Positions 1-8,694 are shown, numbered from the stretch's first letter. The stretch: 64,000 bases of DNA from an uncultured bacterium (GCA_938024995.1 CALJDU010000034.1:18046-82045), one strand, 5' to 3'. The notes: generated by a model not told the origin, from the sequence alone. A program made the numbers and translations.

Positions 1-326
1 CCGTCCGCGACGCACCCGACTCCGCAGCAGTAGCTGTCCCCTGCACACTCTTCGTCTCCGGTACACGATCCGCGCGGCGTGACGCAGGTGCCTCCGGCGC
101 AAGCGCCGCTCGGGCAGTCGGCGTTGCGCTCGCACGACCCATCGCCGCCGGTGTCGCCAGACGCGGTGTCGCCCCCCGTGTCCCCAGCGTCGCGACCGGT
201 GTCTCCCGAGACGTCCGTGCCGACGTCACCCGGTTCATCGCAGGGCTCGGCGATGCATTCGTCATCGCAGTTGCAAGCGGCGACGAGGAGGAAAGCGGAG
301 AAGAGGGATAAGTGAAGAGAGCGCAT
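1..326 (-). CDS. Cys-rich secreted lipoprotein, N-terminal part only (gene runs off the left edge)
   Basis: This gene is absent from the ORF track because it has no stop in the window. A reverse-strand ATG at 326-324 gives MRSLHLSLFSAFLLVAACNCDDEC (lipobox LVAAC). It continues with a D/G/T-rich linker and CERNADCPSGACAGGTCV..CTGDEECAGDSYCC, which resembles Myxococcus-type cysteine-rich repeats. The + ORF 79..315 is its Pro/Ser-rich antisense shadow. Confidence 0.55.
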   Translation of the reverse strand, partial: MRSLHLSLFSAFLLVAACNCDDECIAEPCDEPGDVGTDVSGDTGRDAGDTGGDTASGDTGGDGSCERNADCPSGACAGGTCVTPRGSCTGDEECAGDSYCCGVGCVAD

Positions 327-385
327 GCCGAGAGGGTAGCGCGAAGCGAAGCGACGAGCGAAAGCGAGCCGTTCCTCTCGCCTTG

Positions 386-2185
386 CTAGATGGAGCCGAG
401 CTCGAAGACGTGGAGCTCGCCGCGCGCGTCATCGACGATGTAGACGCGGTCTTCGTAGAACGTCAGGCCCTCGGGTTTCTCCACCGGGATCTCCCACGAC
501 GCGGTGGGGCGGACCTCGTCACGCGCCAAGCGAAAGAGCCGCTGCTCCTGGTCGCTCAGGACGTAGAGGCGTCCGTCGGCCGCGTTGTAGGCCACGGCGG
601 AGAGATCGTCAGCGAAGTCGATCTCTTCTTGTTCGACGTTACCGGACAAGGCTTCTGGGTCGTCGCCGTTTTCCTCAAGCCACGCGATGATCGCCGGGTC
701 ACGTTCCTTCACGAACACGATGGAACCGGCCCCGTCGATGGTCAGTCCTTCGAGACCGGCCATACCCTCGGCCCAGTCGAAACGCCGGCTGCCGGTTTGC
801 TCTGGACCGTTGGGGTCGTACTCCAGGAGCGCACCGCGATCTTCGTCCACCACCAAGATCCGGTCTCGCATGGAGTCGTACGCGATGCCTTCCATGCCGC
901 GGACGTCGAGGTCGAGGGTGGACTCTCCTTCGCCTTCGGCGTTCACGACGTAGAGGTCGTCGGACTCGTCGCCCACGACGAAGAGCATTCCGTCCGGGTC
1001 GATGGACAGCCCGGACGGCTCCCCGACCGGGAGGCGGAAGGTGTCGACGGCGATGAGCTGGTCGAGCGCGGAAGGGTCCACATCGTCGATCTGTTCTTCG
1101 GTGTACTCGCCATCGATGTCGGTGATCCCGTAGCGGAGCGTGAAGACCTCGTCAGGCAGCGCGAGTTCGCCGACGAAGAGGTCGAGCGCGTCGTCGAAAC
1201 GAAGCTCCACGGAATCCGCCGAGGCTCCAGCGACCAGGATGTCGGCGACGACCGATTCCACGATCGGGAAGGGCGCCGCGTACACGTTCCGAAAACGGAC
1301 GGTGAGCTGATCGTCGTTCGGTTCAAGCGAGAGGTAGGCGTCATCTCCGGTCGCCGCGTCACCCGCGCGCTCGCGGTCCACCTGGTACTGCAGCTCGGCC
1401 GCCCTCGCGTCGTCATCACCGCAGGCAGGATCGCGCAGGCATGTCGTCAGGTCTTCGAGGGTGTCGACGTAGCGCGCGTGGATGTTCGGCAGCGAGAGCG
1501 CGGCGAGGAGATCCGGCGGCGTCGTCTCGCTCACCTTGTTCGGAACGGGAACGCGACCGCTCGCGGTCAGGACCCACGTGTACGACTCGATCGGGACCGC
1601 GCGAGACGCAGCGAGGAAACGCGCGGTCCGCTTCAGCGCGAGCGCGTAGTCGAGGCCGCGGCGACCGTACTCTGCGTAGCGCGCGAGCGGCAGCACGACG
1701 CCGTCGGGCTCCAGGTCCGCGTCCACGTCAAAGTGACGCTGGGTGAACCGGTCTCCAATATGCTCGTAAAGGACGGTCTCGGGGCCCGCCGTGTCTTCGC
1801 GAAAGAACTGCACGGCGGTCGCGCGTGGAGCGACGACATCCGCGGCGGCGTAGATCCGCTCGTGGCGGCGGACCTCGTCGATGTCGTCGACCAAGAGCCA
1901 GAAGCTCCGCATCCCGGCGAGCGTGTCGCCGCGGTCGAGCCGCACGCGGACGCCAGCCGAGTAGGCGGTCACCTCCACGTCGCGATAGCGCGCGCGCCGA
2001 CCTCGGCCTTCCACCAGGAGCTCGTCCTCCCCGTCGAACGTGACGGTGAAGGGGTCGCCTTCGTCGAAGAACCCGTCGCCGTCTGCTTTGCCCGCGACGT
2101 CGACAAAAACGTCTTCGGTCGGTTCAGGCGCGCTCGTGCAACCGACCAGCGCGAGGAACACGATCGTGAGCAAAGGCCGCTTCAT
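386..2185 (-). CDS. Lipoprotein with C-terminal beta-propeller (YjiK/SdiA-regulated-like, tentative)
   Basis: I moved the start to the internal ATG at 2185, giving MKRPLLTIVFLALVGCTS (signal peptide plus lipobox). The C-terminal half has repeated blade-like strings: EPSGLSIDPDG, MEGIAYD, LEGLTIDG, LSAVAYN and PEGLTFYEDRVYIVDD. The + ORF 383..2287 is an Arg-rich antisense shadow. Confidence 0.7.
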   Translation of the reverse strand: MKRPLLTIVFLALVGCTSAPEPTEDVFVDVAGKADGDGFFDEGDPFTVTFDGEDELLVEGRGRRARYRDVEVTAYSAGVRVRLDRGDTLAGMRSFWLLVDDIDEVRRHERIYAAADVVAPRATAVQFFREDTAGPETVLYEHIGDRFTQRHFDVDADLEPDGVVLPLARYAEYGRRGLDYALALKRTARFLAASRAVPIESYTWVLTASGRVPVPNKVSETTPPDLLAALSLPNIHARYVDTLEDLTTCLRDPACGDDDARAAELQYQVDRERAGDAATGDDAYLSLEPNDDQLTVRFRNVYAAPFPIVESVVADILVAGASADSVELRFDDALDLFVGELALPDEVFTLRYGITDIDGEYTEEQIDDVDPSALDQLIAVDTFRLPVGEPSGLSIDPDGMLFVVGDESDDLYVVNAEGEGESTLDLDVRGMEGIAYDSMRDRILVVDEDRGALLEYDPNGPEQTGSRRFDWAEGMAGLEGLTIDGAGSIVFVKERDPAIIAWLEENGDDPEALSGNVEQEEIDFADDLSAVAYNAADGRLYVLSDQEQRLFRLARDEVRPTASWEIPVEKPEGLTFYEDRVYIVDDARGELHVFELGSI

Positions 2186-2234
2186 GGAACGGGCGTAACA
2201 CACCGCGCGCGGGTGAGCGATCGGCGCGAGCGGG

Positions 2235-3041
2235 TTACGCTCGCTTGCGATAGCACTGCCCCACGCCGACCGAGTATCGGCCGGTGAGGCGTTGGTCCAC
2301 GGCGTTGAGGACATCGACCGCCCAGACGAACTTCGGCACCGAGCGATCGGGTCGAAGCCGGCGAGGGGTGCTCTGTCCCGGATCTTGGTCATCCACATTC
2401 GCCGCGTTGTGCTTGAGGCGACTCTGCAGAAGCCCGGGCACGTAGCACTCGATCAGCCCGACGACCGGACCGGAGAGCGTCTCGTCTGCGGTGATCTCAA
2501 ACCCGCGCTGGATCATGTCCGCGCGGATGTCGGCGGGGTCCGGGAGCCAGTCATGACCAAAGCCGTAGGCGCCGGCGGAGATGAGCCTTTTCCCGCGCCC
2601 GAGCAGGCGGTTGATGGGATCGTAGGTGACCGGGAAGTTCGCGCTCGGGAACGACAAGATGAGCGTGGCCCCGGGCGCGCACACCCGAGCCAGCTCCGCC
2701 ATCATGAGGCGGTGGTCGGTCACGTGCTCGATCGTCTCGAGGCAGATGACGAGATCGAAGGCGTCGTCTTCGAAGGAGAGCGCGCAGGCGTTGTCGACCT
2801 GGAACGTCACGTTCGGGATGTCGTGGTTCAGCGTCCGCGCGAAGTCGACGTCAGAGGCGTTGATGTCGACCGAGACCATCGACTCGACGTAACGGGAGAA
2901 GTAGTGGTCGAGGTCGCCCTCGCCGCACCCGAGGTGAAGCGCGTTCTTCGCGCGCCCCTTTTCCTTGAGCAGCTGGTCGAGGTGCCCACCGACGAACTGG
3001 ATACGGCGGCGATAAGTCGGAACGAATTGTTTGTAGTTCAT
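2235..3041 (-). CDS. Class I SAM-dependent methyltransferase
   Basis: It carries motif I LHLGCGEGDL, post-I VSVDIN, and DLVICLETIEHV, which is typical of the Methyltransf_11/23 type. Length is 268 aa. Confidence 0.85.
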   Translation of the reverse strand: MNYKQFVPTYRRRIQFVGGHLDQLLKEKGRAKNALHLGCGEGDLDHYFSRYVESMVSVDINASDVDFARTLNHDIPNVTFQVDNACALSFEDDAFDLVICLETIEHVTDHRLMMAELARVCAPGATLILSFPSANFPVTYDPINRLLGRGKRLISAGAYGFGHDWLPDPADIRADMIQRGFEITADETLSGPVVGLIECYVPGLLQSRLKHNAANVDDQDPGQSTPRRLRPDRSVPKFVWAVDVLNAVDQRLTGRYSVGVGQCYRKRA

Positions 3042-3114
3042 AAGCGCGAGTCCGGCGCGAACGTATCACGAGGTCCGCACCGCGCTCGGCGCTCATGGTC
3101 GCTCGATCGTGAGT

Positions 3115-4248
3115 TCACGGAGGCGGGAGATGCGAGACCGTGAGCGCGTACCGCTCGGGTTCGCGCACCGAGGGGAGCGCGTCTTCTCGCAGAAGGATCG
3201 AGCGAACCGCCCAAATGTCTTTGAACACACGATAGGCGAGGGCGGTGTTGTCGAGATACTCCACGCCCGCGCTTCCGCCCGTTCCGACGCGTCGCCCGAT
3301 CACCCGCTCCACCATCCGCGCGTGGCGCTGCCGGAAGATGAGCATCGACTGCTCCATCTCGATCACCCGGTCGACGATCTCGCGCGGCCAGGCGAGCAGC
3401 GGCAGCTCGCGGTAGCTCTCGATAAAGACGGTGGCCGCGCGGATACGGCTCTTTCGGGCGCGGCGCTCTTCCGGTTCGTCATGCGCGAGCAAGAAGCGGC
3501 GGATGGACTCGCGCTCTTTTTCGTATCGCGCCTCGAGGCGCGCGCTGTCGGCCTCGGTCAACGCTTTGCGCATCGCGTCCGCCCCCGCGAGTCGACTCGC
3601 TTTGCTCGCGGCCTCGACGTAGTCGTTGATGAAGCGCGTGACGTTCTCGTGGTCGTCGGGGTCTCCGGGAACGCTCCCCTGGATCGGCGCGCGGTGCAGC
3701 CACTCTTGGATCGCGTCGCGAAGCGTCGGGAGATCTGCGCGGCGTCGCGCGACGCGGTTGGACGCCGGAGAAGCGCTGCCATCTTTGTGCTTCAACGCGT
3801 CGCGGTAGCTCGACTCGTAGCCAAGCGGGATGCGGTCCTCGTCGTCCAAGCCAAGCAATATCTCGATCTCGCGGAGCTGCGCGGACTGGAACCCGCTGGC
3901 CGGACGGAGCCCGTCGCGGAAGCCCAGGTAGTCGCGCGTGGTCATGGTCTCCATGAGCGCGAAGTGCTGCCCGATCTGCGCGAAGAGAAGCGATACCCGG
4001 CGCAGACCGCGCGCCGCGCTCGCGAGCGATTGTTCACGCACGTGTTCCTGCGCGAAGAGATCGCGGATCGAGGTCAGCTCCCGGAGCACCAGCTTGAACC
4101 AGAGCTCGTCGATCTGGTGCGTGACGATGAACATCACCTCGTCGTTCCCGAGCGCCGCCTCGTCGTCCTCGAACCCTGTCTGGAGCGCGAGGAGCTCCTC
4201 GACCTTGGTGTAGCGCCAGTACGACTTGTCCTTCTTGACGTCACTCAT
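3115..4248 (-). CDS. kynA: Tryptophan 2,3-dioxygenase
   Basis: NDEVMFIVTHQIDELWFKL (distal His region), GFRDGLRPASGFQS and FRQRHARMVERVIGRRVGTGGSAGVEYL (proximal His region) match bacterial TDO motifs as I recall them from Xanthomonas TDO. I chose the start at MSDVKK (4248), which has GGAG upstream. The ORF-track start at 4284 would leave only 15 nt to the divergent ABC gene. Compared with short bacterial TDOs there is an insertion of about 90 aa. Confidence 0.85.
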   Translation of the reverse strand: MSDVKKDKSYWRYTKVEELLALQTGFEDDEAALGNDEVMFIVTHQIDELWFKLVLRELTSIRDLFAQEHVREQSLASAARGLRRVSLLFAQIGQHFALMETMTTRDYLGFRDGLRPASGFQSAQLREIEILLGLDDEDRIPLGYESSYRDALKHKDGSASPASNRVARRRADLPTLRDAIQEWLHRAPIQGSVPGDPDDHENVTRFINDYVEAASKASRLAGADAMRKALTEADSARLEARYEKERESIRRFLLAHDEPEERRARKSRIRAATVFIESYRELPLLAWPREIVDRVIEMEQSMLIFRQRHARMVERVIGRRVGTGGSAGVEYLDNTALAYRVFKDIWAVRSILLREDALPSVREPERYALTVSHLPPP

Positions 4249-4299
4249 CGCCGGGAGACTCCGTCGCGCGCTCTTGCGCGTCAACCCGCTTCGGCGGAT

Positions 4300-4917
4300 A
4301 TGAAGCGGGTGAAGCTCATGGTCGACCAGCTCGCGATCACAATGGATGGTCGGCGCCTGTTCGCGCCGCTCACCTTCGAAGTGACGATGGGGGAGCGCGT
4401 CGCGCTGGTCGGGCCCTCAGGCGTCGGGAAGTCGACCGCGTTGCGAGCGCTCGCCGATCTCGTTCCGTTCGAGGGCGACGTTCGGCTCGACCCGCCCGTT
4501 GCGTCTCGTCCGTCGTTTCGGAGAACGGTGACGTACGTGTCACAGGCGCCGATCATGTGGAGCGGGACCGTTGAGACCAACCTCGCGCAGAGCTTCCTCT
4601 ACACTAGCGCGTCGGAGGTCTTCGACCGTTCACGGGCAACCTCCGAGCTCAGCGCGCTCGGGCTGGACATCTCGCTCGATCGCGACGCGGCGTCGCTCTC
4701 AGGCGGTGAGCAACAGCGCGTTCAACTGGTGCGAGCGCTCTTGGTGAACCCGTGCTTCTTGCTCCTCGACGAACCAACCAGCGCCCTCGATGAAGTGAGC
4801 GCGCGACGGGTGACCGACCGCGTCGAGGCGTTCGAGGGCGGGGTGGTCTTGGTCTCCCACGATCTTGCATGGGCGCGGGACATGGCTTCTCGTGTGATCA
4901 ACGTGAGCCCCGCGTGA
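4300..4917 (+). CDS. fetA: ABC transporter ATP-binding protein, FetA/YbbL-like
   Basis: Only the C-terminal 205 aa of ORF 3109..4917 are credible, since the rest is antisense to kynA. It has Walker A GPSGVGKST, signature LSGGEQQRV and Walker B FLLLDEPTSALD. It pairs with a FetB-like permease. Confidence 0.85.
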   Translation: MKRVKLMVDQLAITMDGRRLFAPLTFEVTMGERVALVGPSGVGKSTALRALADLVPFEGDVRLDPPVASRPSFRRTVTYVSQAPIMWSGTVETNLAQSFLYTSASEVFDRSRATSELSALGLDISLDRDAASLSGGEQQRVQLVRALLVNPCFLLLDEPTSALDEVSARRVTDRVEAFEGGVVLVSHDLAWARDMASRVINVSPA

Positions 4918-5708
4918 ACACGCTCCCGCTCGCCTGGTGGCAGATCGCGCTCGCGGGAACGCTCGTCTTCCTCGCGGGGACCGTGAGCGTCGGGCTTCGT
5001 CTTCGGTTGGAGAACGACCTCGTCTTGGCGACGGTGCGCGGAACGATTCAGCTCGCCCTGGTCGGTTACGTCCTCGCGTGGATCTTTGAGGTCAACACGC
5101 CCTGGGTCGTGATCAGCGCGATGGCGATCATGGTGACCGCGGCGGCCAAGGCCGCGATCGACCGACCGAGCCGCACCTTTCGCGGCGCGTTCCTCGGTTC
5201 GTTCGTCACGCTTTGCATCAGCGGAGTGACCATCGCGCTCCTCGTCTCCAACATCGTCGTGCGCGTGGAGCCTTGGTACGACCCGCGCTATGTGTTGCCG
5301 CTCCTCGGGATGATCTTGGGGAACACGCTCACGGGCATCAGCTTGTGCCTGGACTCGTTTCTGGAACGGCTAACGGTCCGCGCGCCCGAGGTGGAGCTCG
5401 CGCTCTCGCTCGGAGCTTCGCCTTGGGAGGCGACCCGCGACGCGCTCGCCGACTCGGTGCGCCGCGGGATGATCCCGATCGTGAACGCGACGATGGTGGT
5501 CGGCTTGGTATCGTTGCCGGGGATGATGACGGGGCAGATCCTGGCCGGCGCCGATCCCGTCGACGCGGTGAAGTACCAGATGGTCGTGATGTTCATGTTG
5601 TTGGCGACGACCTCGCTCGGCTGTGTCGGCATCGCCTTTTACACGTTCAAAAAGATGTTCGATGAGCGCGGCCGATTGCGACGCGAGCGCGTGTTTTCCG
5701 CCGCGTGA
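4914..5708 (+). CDS. fetB: FetB/YbbM-like (UPF0014) ABC exporter permease
   Basis: It is a multi-pass membrane protein containing the strings LLGMILGNTLTGISL and GMIPIVNATMVVGLVSLPGMMTGQILAG. The GTG at 4914 overlaps the fetA stop (GTGA), indicating translational coupling. The track start at 4869 is an alternative. Confidence 0.8.
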   Translation: MNTLPLAWWQIALAGTLVFLAGTVSVGLRLRLENDLVLATVRGTIQLALVGYVLAWIFEVNTPWVVISAMAIMVTAAAKAAIDRPSRTFRGAFLGSFVTLCISGVTIALLVSNIVVRVEPWYDPRYVLPLLGMILGNTLTGISLCLDSFLERLTVRAPEVELALSLGASPWEATRDALADSVRRGMIPIVNATMVVGLVSLPGMMTGQILAGADPVDAVKYQMVVMFMLLATTSLGCVGIAFYTFKKMFDERGRLRRERVFSAA

Positions 5709-5755
5709 AACTGAACGCGCGGCGGGATAGACTTCGTTCATGACGCGAACGACCG

Positions 5756-6325
5756 ATGCGTAAGCAGCCACGTCAGGCTCGATCACGAGAGCTGGTGCGC
5801 GCGGTTCTCGCGGCGACCGAACAGCTCTTCGAGCGCGGGACAGATCCGTCGGCGGGCGGCATCGCCAAGCGAGCCGGGGTCAGCATCGGATCGCTCTATC
5901 AGTACTTCCGTGGTCGCGACGACGTGCTCGAGAGCGTGATCTCGGATCGCGTGCGTCGAGAGTGCGATGACGTGATCGCGCGGATTCAGGAACGAGAAGG
6001 TGACGAGCCGGCGACCGCGGTGGTCGACTACCTCCTTGAGACCTACGGGAGCCGCCGAACGATGCTCCACCGACTCATGCCTCACCTGCTCCGCGTCGGC
6101 GCGAAAGACAGCGTGCTTCGGGAGCGCGCACGCGTGGCGGAAGCCATCGCCGCGACGCTCGAGGGACCGGAAGCGTTCACCCAAGCGCAGGCACTCGTGG
6201 CCGGGGTCATGGGTGTGTTCCAGACGTGGATCTTGGACCTGGAGTGGGACGCGACGCCCGCGGAGTTGCGACCGGTGCTCCTCGGGATGATCCGCGGCGT
6301 GATCCCGGTAGACGCGCCCCGGTAG
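5756..6325 (+). CDS. TetR/AcrR family transcriptional regulator
   Basis: The N-terminal HTH RSRELVRAVLAATEQLFERG..IAKRAGVSIGSLYQYF is characteristic of the family. Length is 189 aa. Confidence 0.85.
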   Translation: MRKQPRQARSRELVRAVLAATEQLFERGTDPSAGGIAKRAGVSIGSLYQYFRGRDDVLESVISDRVRRECDDVIARIQEREGDEPATAVVDYLLETYGSRRTMLHRLMPHLLRVGAKDSVLRERARVAEAIAATLEGPEAFTQAQALVAGVMGVFQTWILDLEWDATPAELRPVLLGMIRGVIPVDAPR

Positions 6326-6441
6326 CATCTCGAAAACGCGAGGGGGTGGTGTGTTGACACAGCCGTTCTTCATCCGTGAGCGGCGCTGACTCGCCCCGAA
6401 ACGCGAGTGGTTTGGGCTCAGGGCGGCGCTAGCTTGAAAAC

Positions 6442-7347
6442 ATGAAATCGACGAAGACCGTCTTGGTTCAAGTGACCTCCTTGGCCCTCTTCTTGTTGCT
6501 GAGCGCGTGCCAGACCCGTGTCGACGAGTTGGAGAGCTTTTCCGCGCCTGCCGGGACGCGGCAAATCGCCAGCTTCGAGGGGACCGTCTTTGCGCAAACC
6601 GAGGACACCGTCTTTCGTCGAAACGACGATGGCTGGTCCGTGGACCGGTCAGCGAGGTGGAACGGTCCGTTCGTCGTTGCCGAGCTCGCGGACGGTCCGC
6701 GTCTTTGTATCGTGAGCTGGCGTCTCGACACGCGAGCGCATCCCCCTGGTCTCATCCTCGCGTGCCGCGAACCGCGTGGGTGGGAGGAAGTCCACGAGGA
6801 GCCAGAGTGGACACATCCCGTGACCGAGTGGAACCGCTGGGTTCCGCGTGACGACCCCTCCGGGTCGTATTGGTACCGCCTCGCTACCCAGGATCCCTAC
6901 GCCCCTGAGGAGAGACACTTACATCGCTATCCGACGTCGCCTCCTCCTCCGGCAATTCCTCCCGAGCTCGTTCCAGAGGATGGCCAGTACGGACCCGTCG
7001 CGGTTCTGCATGAGCGAGCCGCGGTCTGGGACGAGACGGAGTGCACGGACACAACGCGCGTCGGCGGCATCTGGCATGGAGAGACGGTCTGCACGGACTA
7101 CCGTCGCGAAGTCATCGTGAACGCGATGATGCAAGGTGAGGTGACGGAGCTGAGAATGACGGGGAGCGGCGCCTTGTGGTTCACGGGGAGCGTGACCGAG
7201 ACCGATGGTGAACTCTTGATCCTCTTCGAGGAGACTCTCGCGGACGACGATGCGACGCGGATCGTGCGTCTCCCCATTGGATCCCCGTCACGTTCAGCAG
7301 CAGGTCACGCCGTTGTTCAGCAAGCTGCCGACAGCGCTCCCGATTAG
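6442..7347 (+). CDS. Hypothetical lipoprotein
   Basis: MKSTKTVLVQVTSLALFLLLSACQ gives a signal peptide plus lipobox. I recognise no domain. Its 3' end overlaps the convergent MarR gene by 54 nt. Confidence 0.6.
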   Translation: MKSTKTVLVQVTSLALFLLLSACQTRVDELESFSAPAGTRQIASFEGTVFAQTEDTVFRRNDDGWSVDRSARWNGPFVVAELADGPRLCIVSWRLDTRAHPPGLILACREPRGWEEVHEEPEWTHPVTEWNRWVPRDDPSGSYWYRLATQDPYAPEERHLHRYPTSPPPPAIPPELVPEDGQYGPVAVLHERAAVWDETECTDTTRVGGIWHGETVCTDYRREVIVNAMMQGEVTELRMTGSGALWFTGSVTETDGELLILFEETLADDDATRIVRLPIGSPSRSAAGHAVVQQAADSAPD

Positions 7348-7755
7348 CGTGAGCGACTCCATCGCGGCGGCGCGCTTGTCTTCCGGTAACCGCGTGAGCA
7401 CCGCGCGAACCACGTCTTCGGTTCCCTTGCGCAGGCGCAGCGCCTCCTCGCGACCCGTGGGCGTGAGCGCCACGATCACGCGCCTTCGGTCGTCATCGTC
7501 TCGTCCGCGCACGACGAACTCGCGCTTGACGAGACCGTCGAGGAGGCGCGTCATCGCGCTCTTACTGACGCGCGCAGAGGTCGCGAGCGAAGAGACGTCG
7601 CGCGCTCCCGGCAGGAGCTCTTGAAGCGTCGTGCACTGCGCGATCGTCACGTCGCCGCAGCAAATCGCGTCGCGCTCAAGCGCTGTGAACAATCGACAAA
7701 GCTGCACCAGTTCGGTCGCCGCGTTCTTGATCTGCGTCTCTTCGGTCACGGTCAT
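7294..7755 (-). CDS. MarR-family winged-helix regulator, Cys-rich (6 Cys)
   Basis: Only the last 153 aa of ORF 7294..8331 are credible, starting at MTVTEETQ (ATG at 7755), 2 nt after the arsM stop. The wHTH strings are LATSARVSKSAMTRLLDGLVKREFVVR and RRVIVALTPTGRE. There is a vicinal Cys pair in AICCGDVTIAQC and a C-terminal ..GVTCC. Confidence 0.8.
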   Translation of the reverse strand: MTVTEETQIKNAATELVQLCRLFTALERDAICCGDVTIAQCTTLQELLPGARDVSSLATSARVSKSAMTRLLDGLVKREFVVRGRDDDDRRRVIVALTPTGREEALRLRKGTEDVVRAVLTRLPEDKRAAAMESLTLIGSAVGSLLNNGVTCC

Positions 7756-7757
7756 TC

Positions 7758-8609
7758 TCAGGAGGGTTTCGTCGCGGTGATGGAGTAGCTGTAGACGCTC
7801 TTGCGGAGGCGAGCCCGTGTCGCCTCGGGGAGGTCGAGGTCCGGAATGACGTTCGACTGCTCCGCGATCTCGAGGAGACCTGACGCGAGCGTTCGCGTAA
7901 AGGCGACGTCCACGAAGCCCGCCTCCTCGATGGCGCCGAGGTAGTCGTCTGCGAGCTCCGCGCCCGCGACGCAACCGACCCACGCCGCGACGCTCTTCTG
8001 AACAGACTCTGGGAGCGGCTCGGTCAAGAGGATGTCGCTGACCGCGAGGCGTCCCCCCGGGGCGAGCGCGCGGAACGCTTCGTGGAACACCGTCTGCTTG
8101 TCGGGGCTCAGGTTGATCACGCAGTTGGAGATGACGACGTCGACCTCTCCGTCGCGAACCGGGAGCGCCTCGATCTTTCCTTCGCGAATGTCGACGCGAT
8201 CCGACATGTCCGCGCTGACGACATTCTTCCGCGCCTTCGCGAGCATCTCCCGCGTCATGTCGACGCCGACCACGAACCCGGTCTCGCCGACCGCGCGGGC
8301 CGCGAGCAAGGCGTCGATCCCGGCGCCACACCCGAGATCGAGCACACGCTCACCCGACTTGAGCGTCGCGAAGGCGCCAGGGTTGCCGCAGCCAAGCCCG
8401 AGGTCCGCGCCGTCCGGGAGCGCAGCGAGGTCTTCTTTGGCGTAGCCCAAGTGCGCGCTGGACGGGCCGCAGCACCCGGCGCCATTGGACGCGGCGATTT
8501 TTCCGTAGGCCGAACGGACATCTTCGTGGGTCGTGTTCTTGGTTTGAGCGTGAGCCTTGGTCTCGGTGGGACAGCAGGTGGGGGCACAGCAGGTGGGTTG
8601 TTCGCTCAT
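7758..8609 (-). CDS. arsM: Arsenite S-adenosylmethionine methyltransferase
   Basis: It has the SAM motif VLDLGCGAGID. The Cys positions typical of ArsM are present: GAGCCGPS near the N-terminus, VISNCVINL and AWVGCVAG. An additional N-terminal TCCAPTCCP is present. GGAG lies about 6 nt upstream of the ATG. Confidence 0.85.
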   Translation of the reverse strand: MSEQPTCCAPTCCPTETKAHAQTKNTTHEDVRSAYGKIAASNGAGCCGPSSAHLGYAKEDLAALPDGADLGLGCGNPGAFATLKSGERVLDLGCGAGIDALLAARAVGETGFVVGVDMTREMLAKARKNVVSADMSDRVDIREGKIEALPVRDGEVDVVISNCVINLSPDKQTVFHEAFRALAPGGRLAVSDILLTEPLPESVQKSVAAWVGCVAGAELADDYLGAIEEAGFVDVAFTRTLASGLLEIAEQSNVIPDLDLPEATRARLRKSVYSYSITATKPS

Positions 8610-8677
8610 GATTTCTCCATGGTTTTAGGGTGTTTACACTGATTTGCTTGCCAACCAATATAGTCGCGAAAGCAAAC

Positions 8678-8694
8678 AGTTGTGTTGCACAACT
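8678..8694. promoter_or_regulatory. Perfect 7-3-7 palindrome (AGTTGTG ttg CACAACT) in the AT-rich arsM upstream region; candidate operator
   Basis: The palindrome was read directly from the sequence and sits 69-85 nt upstream of the arsM ATG. It lies within the only conspicuously AT-rich stretch nearby (8610-8770). No binding data exist, and no convincing -35/-10 pair could be assigned. Confidence 0.35.

Noticed and set aside
79-315. + strand ORF encoding a Pro/Ser-rich 78-aa peptide
   Set aside because: It is the antisense shadow of a better-supported - strand Cys-rich lipoprotein gene (start at 326, lipobox LVAAC). Its composition is not protein-like.
383-2287. 634-aa + strand ORF
   Set aside because: It is Arg/Val/Gly-rich with no motifs. 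The opposite strand encodes a lipoprotein with a signal peptide and repeat structure. This is a typical high-GC antisense ORF.
3109-4299. N-terminal 397 aa of ORF 3109..4917
   Set aside because: This part is antisense to the well-supported kynA gene. Only the C-terminal ABC ATPase portion, from the ATG at 4300, has motifs.
7756-8331. N-terminal extension of the MarR ORF (7294..8331)
   Set aside because: The extension is an Arg/Gly-rich sequence overlapping arsM in another frame. An ATG at 7755 directly follows the arsM stop and yields a normal-sized MarR.
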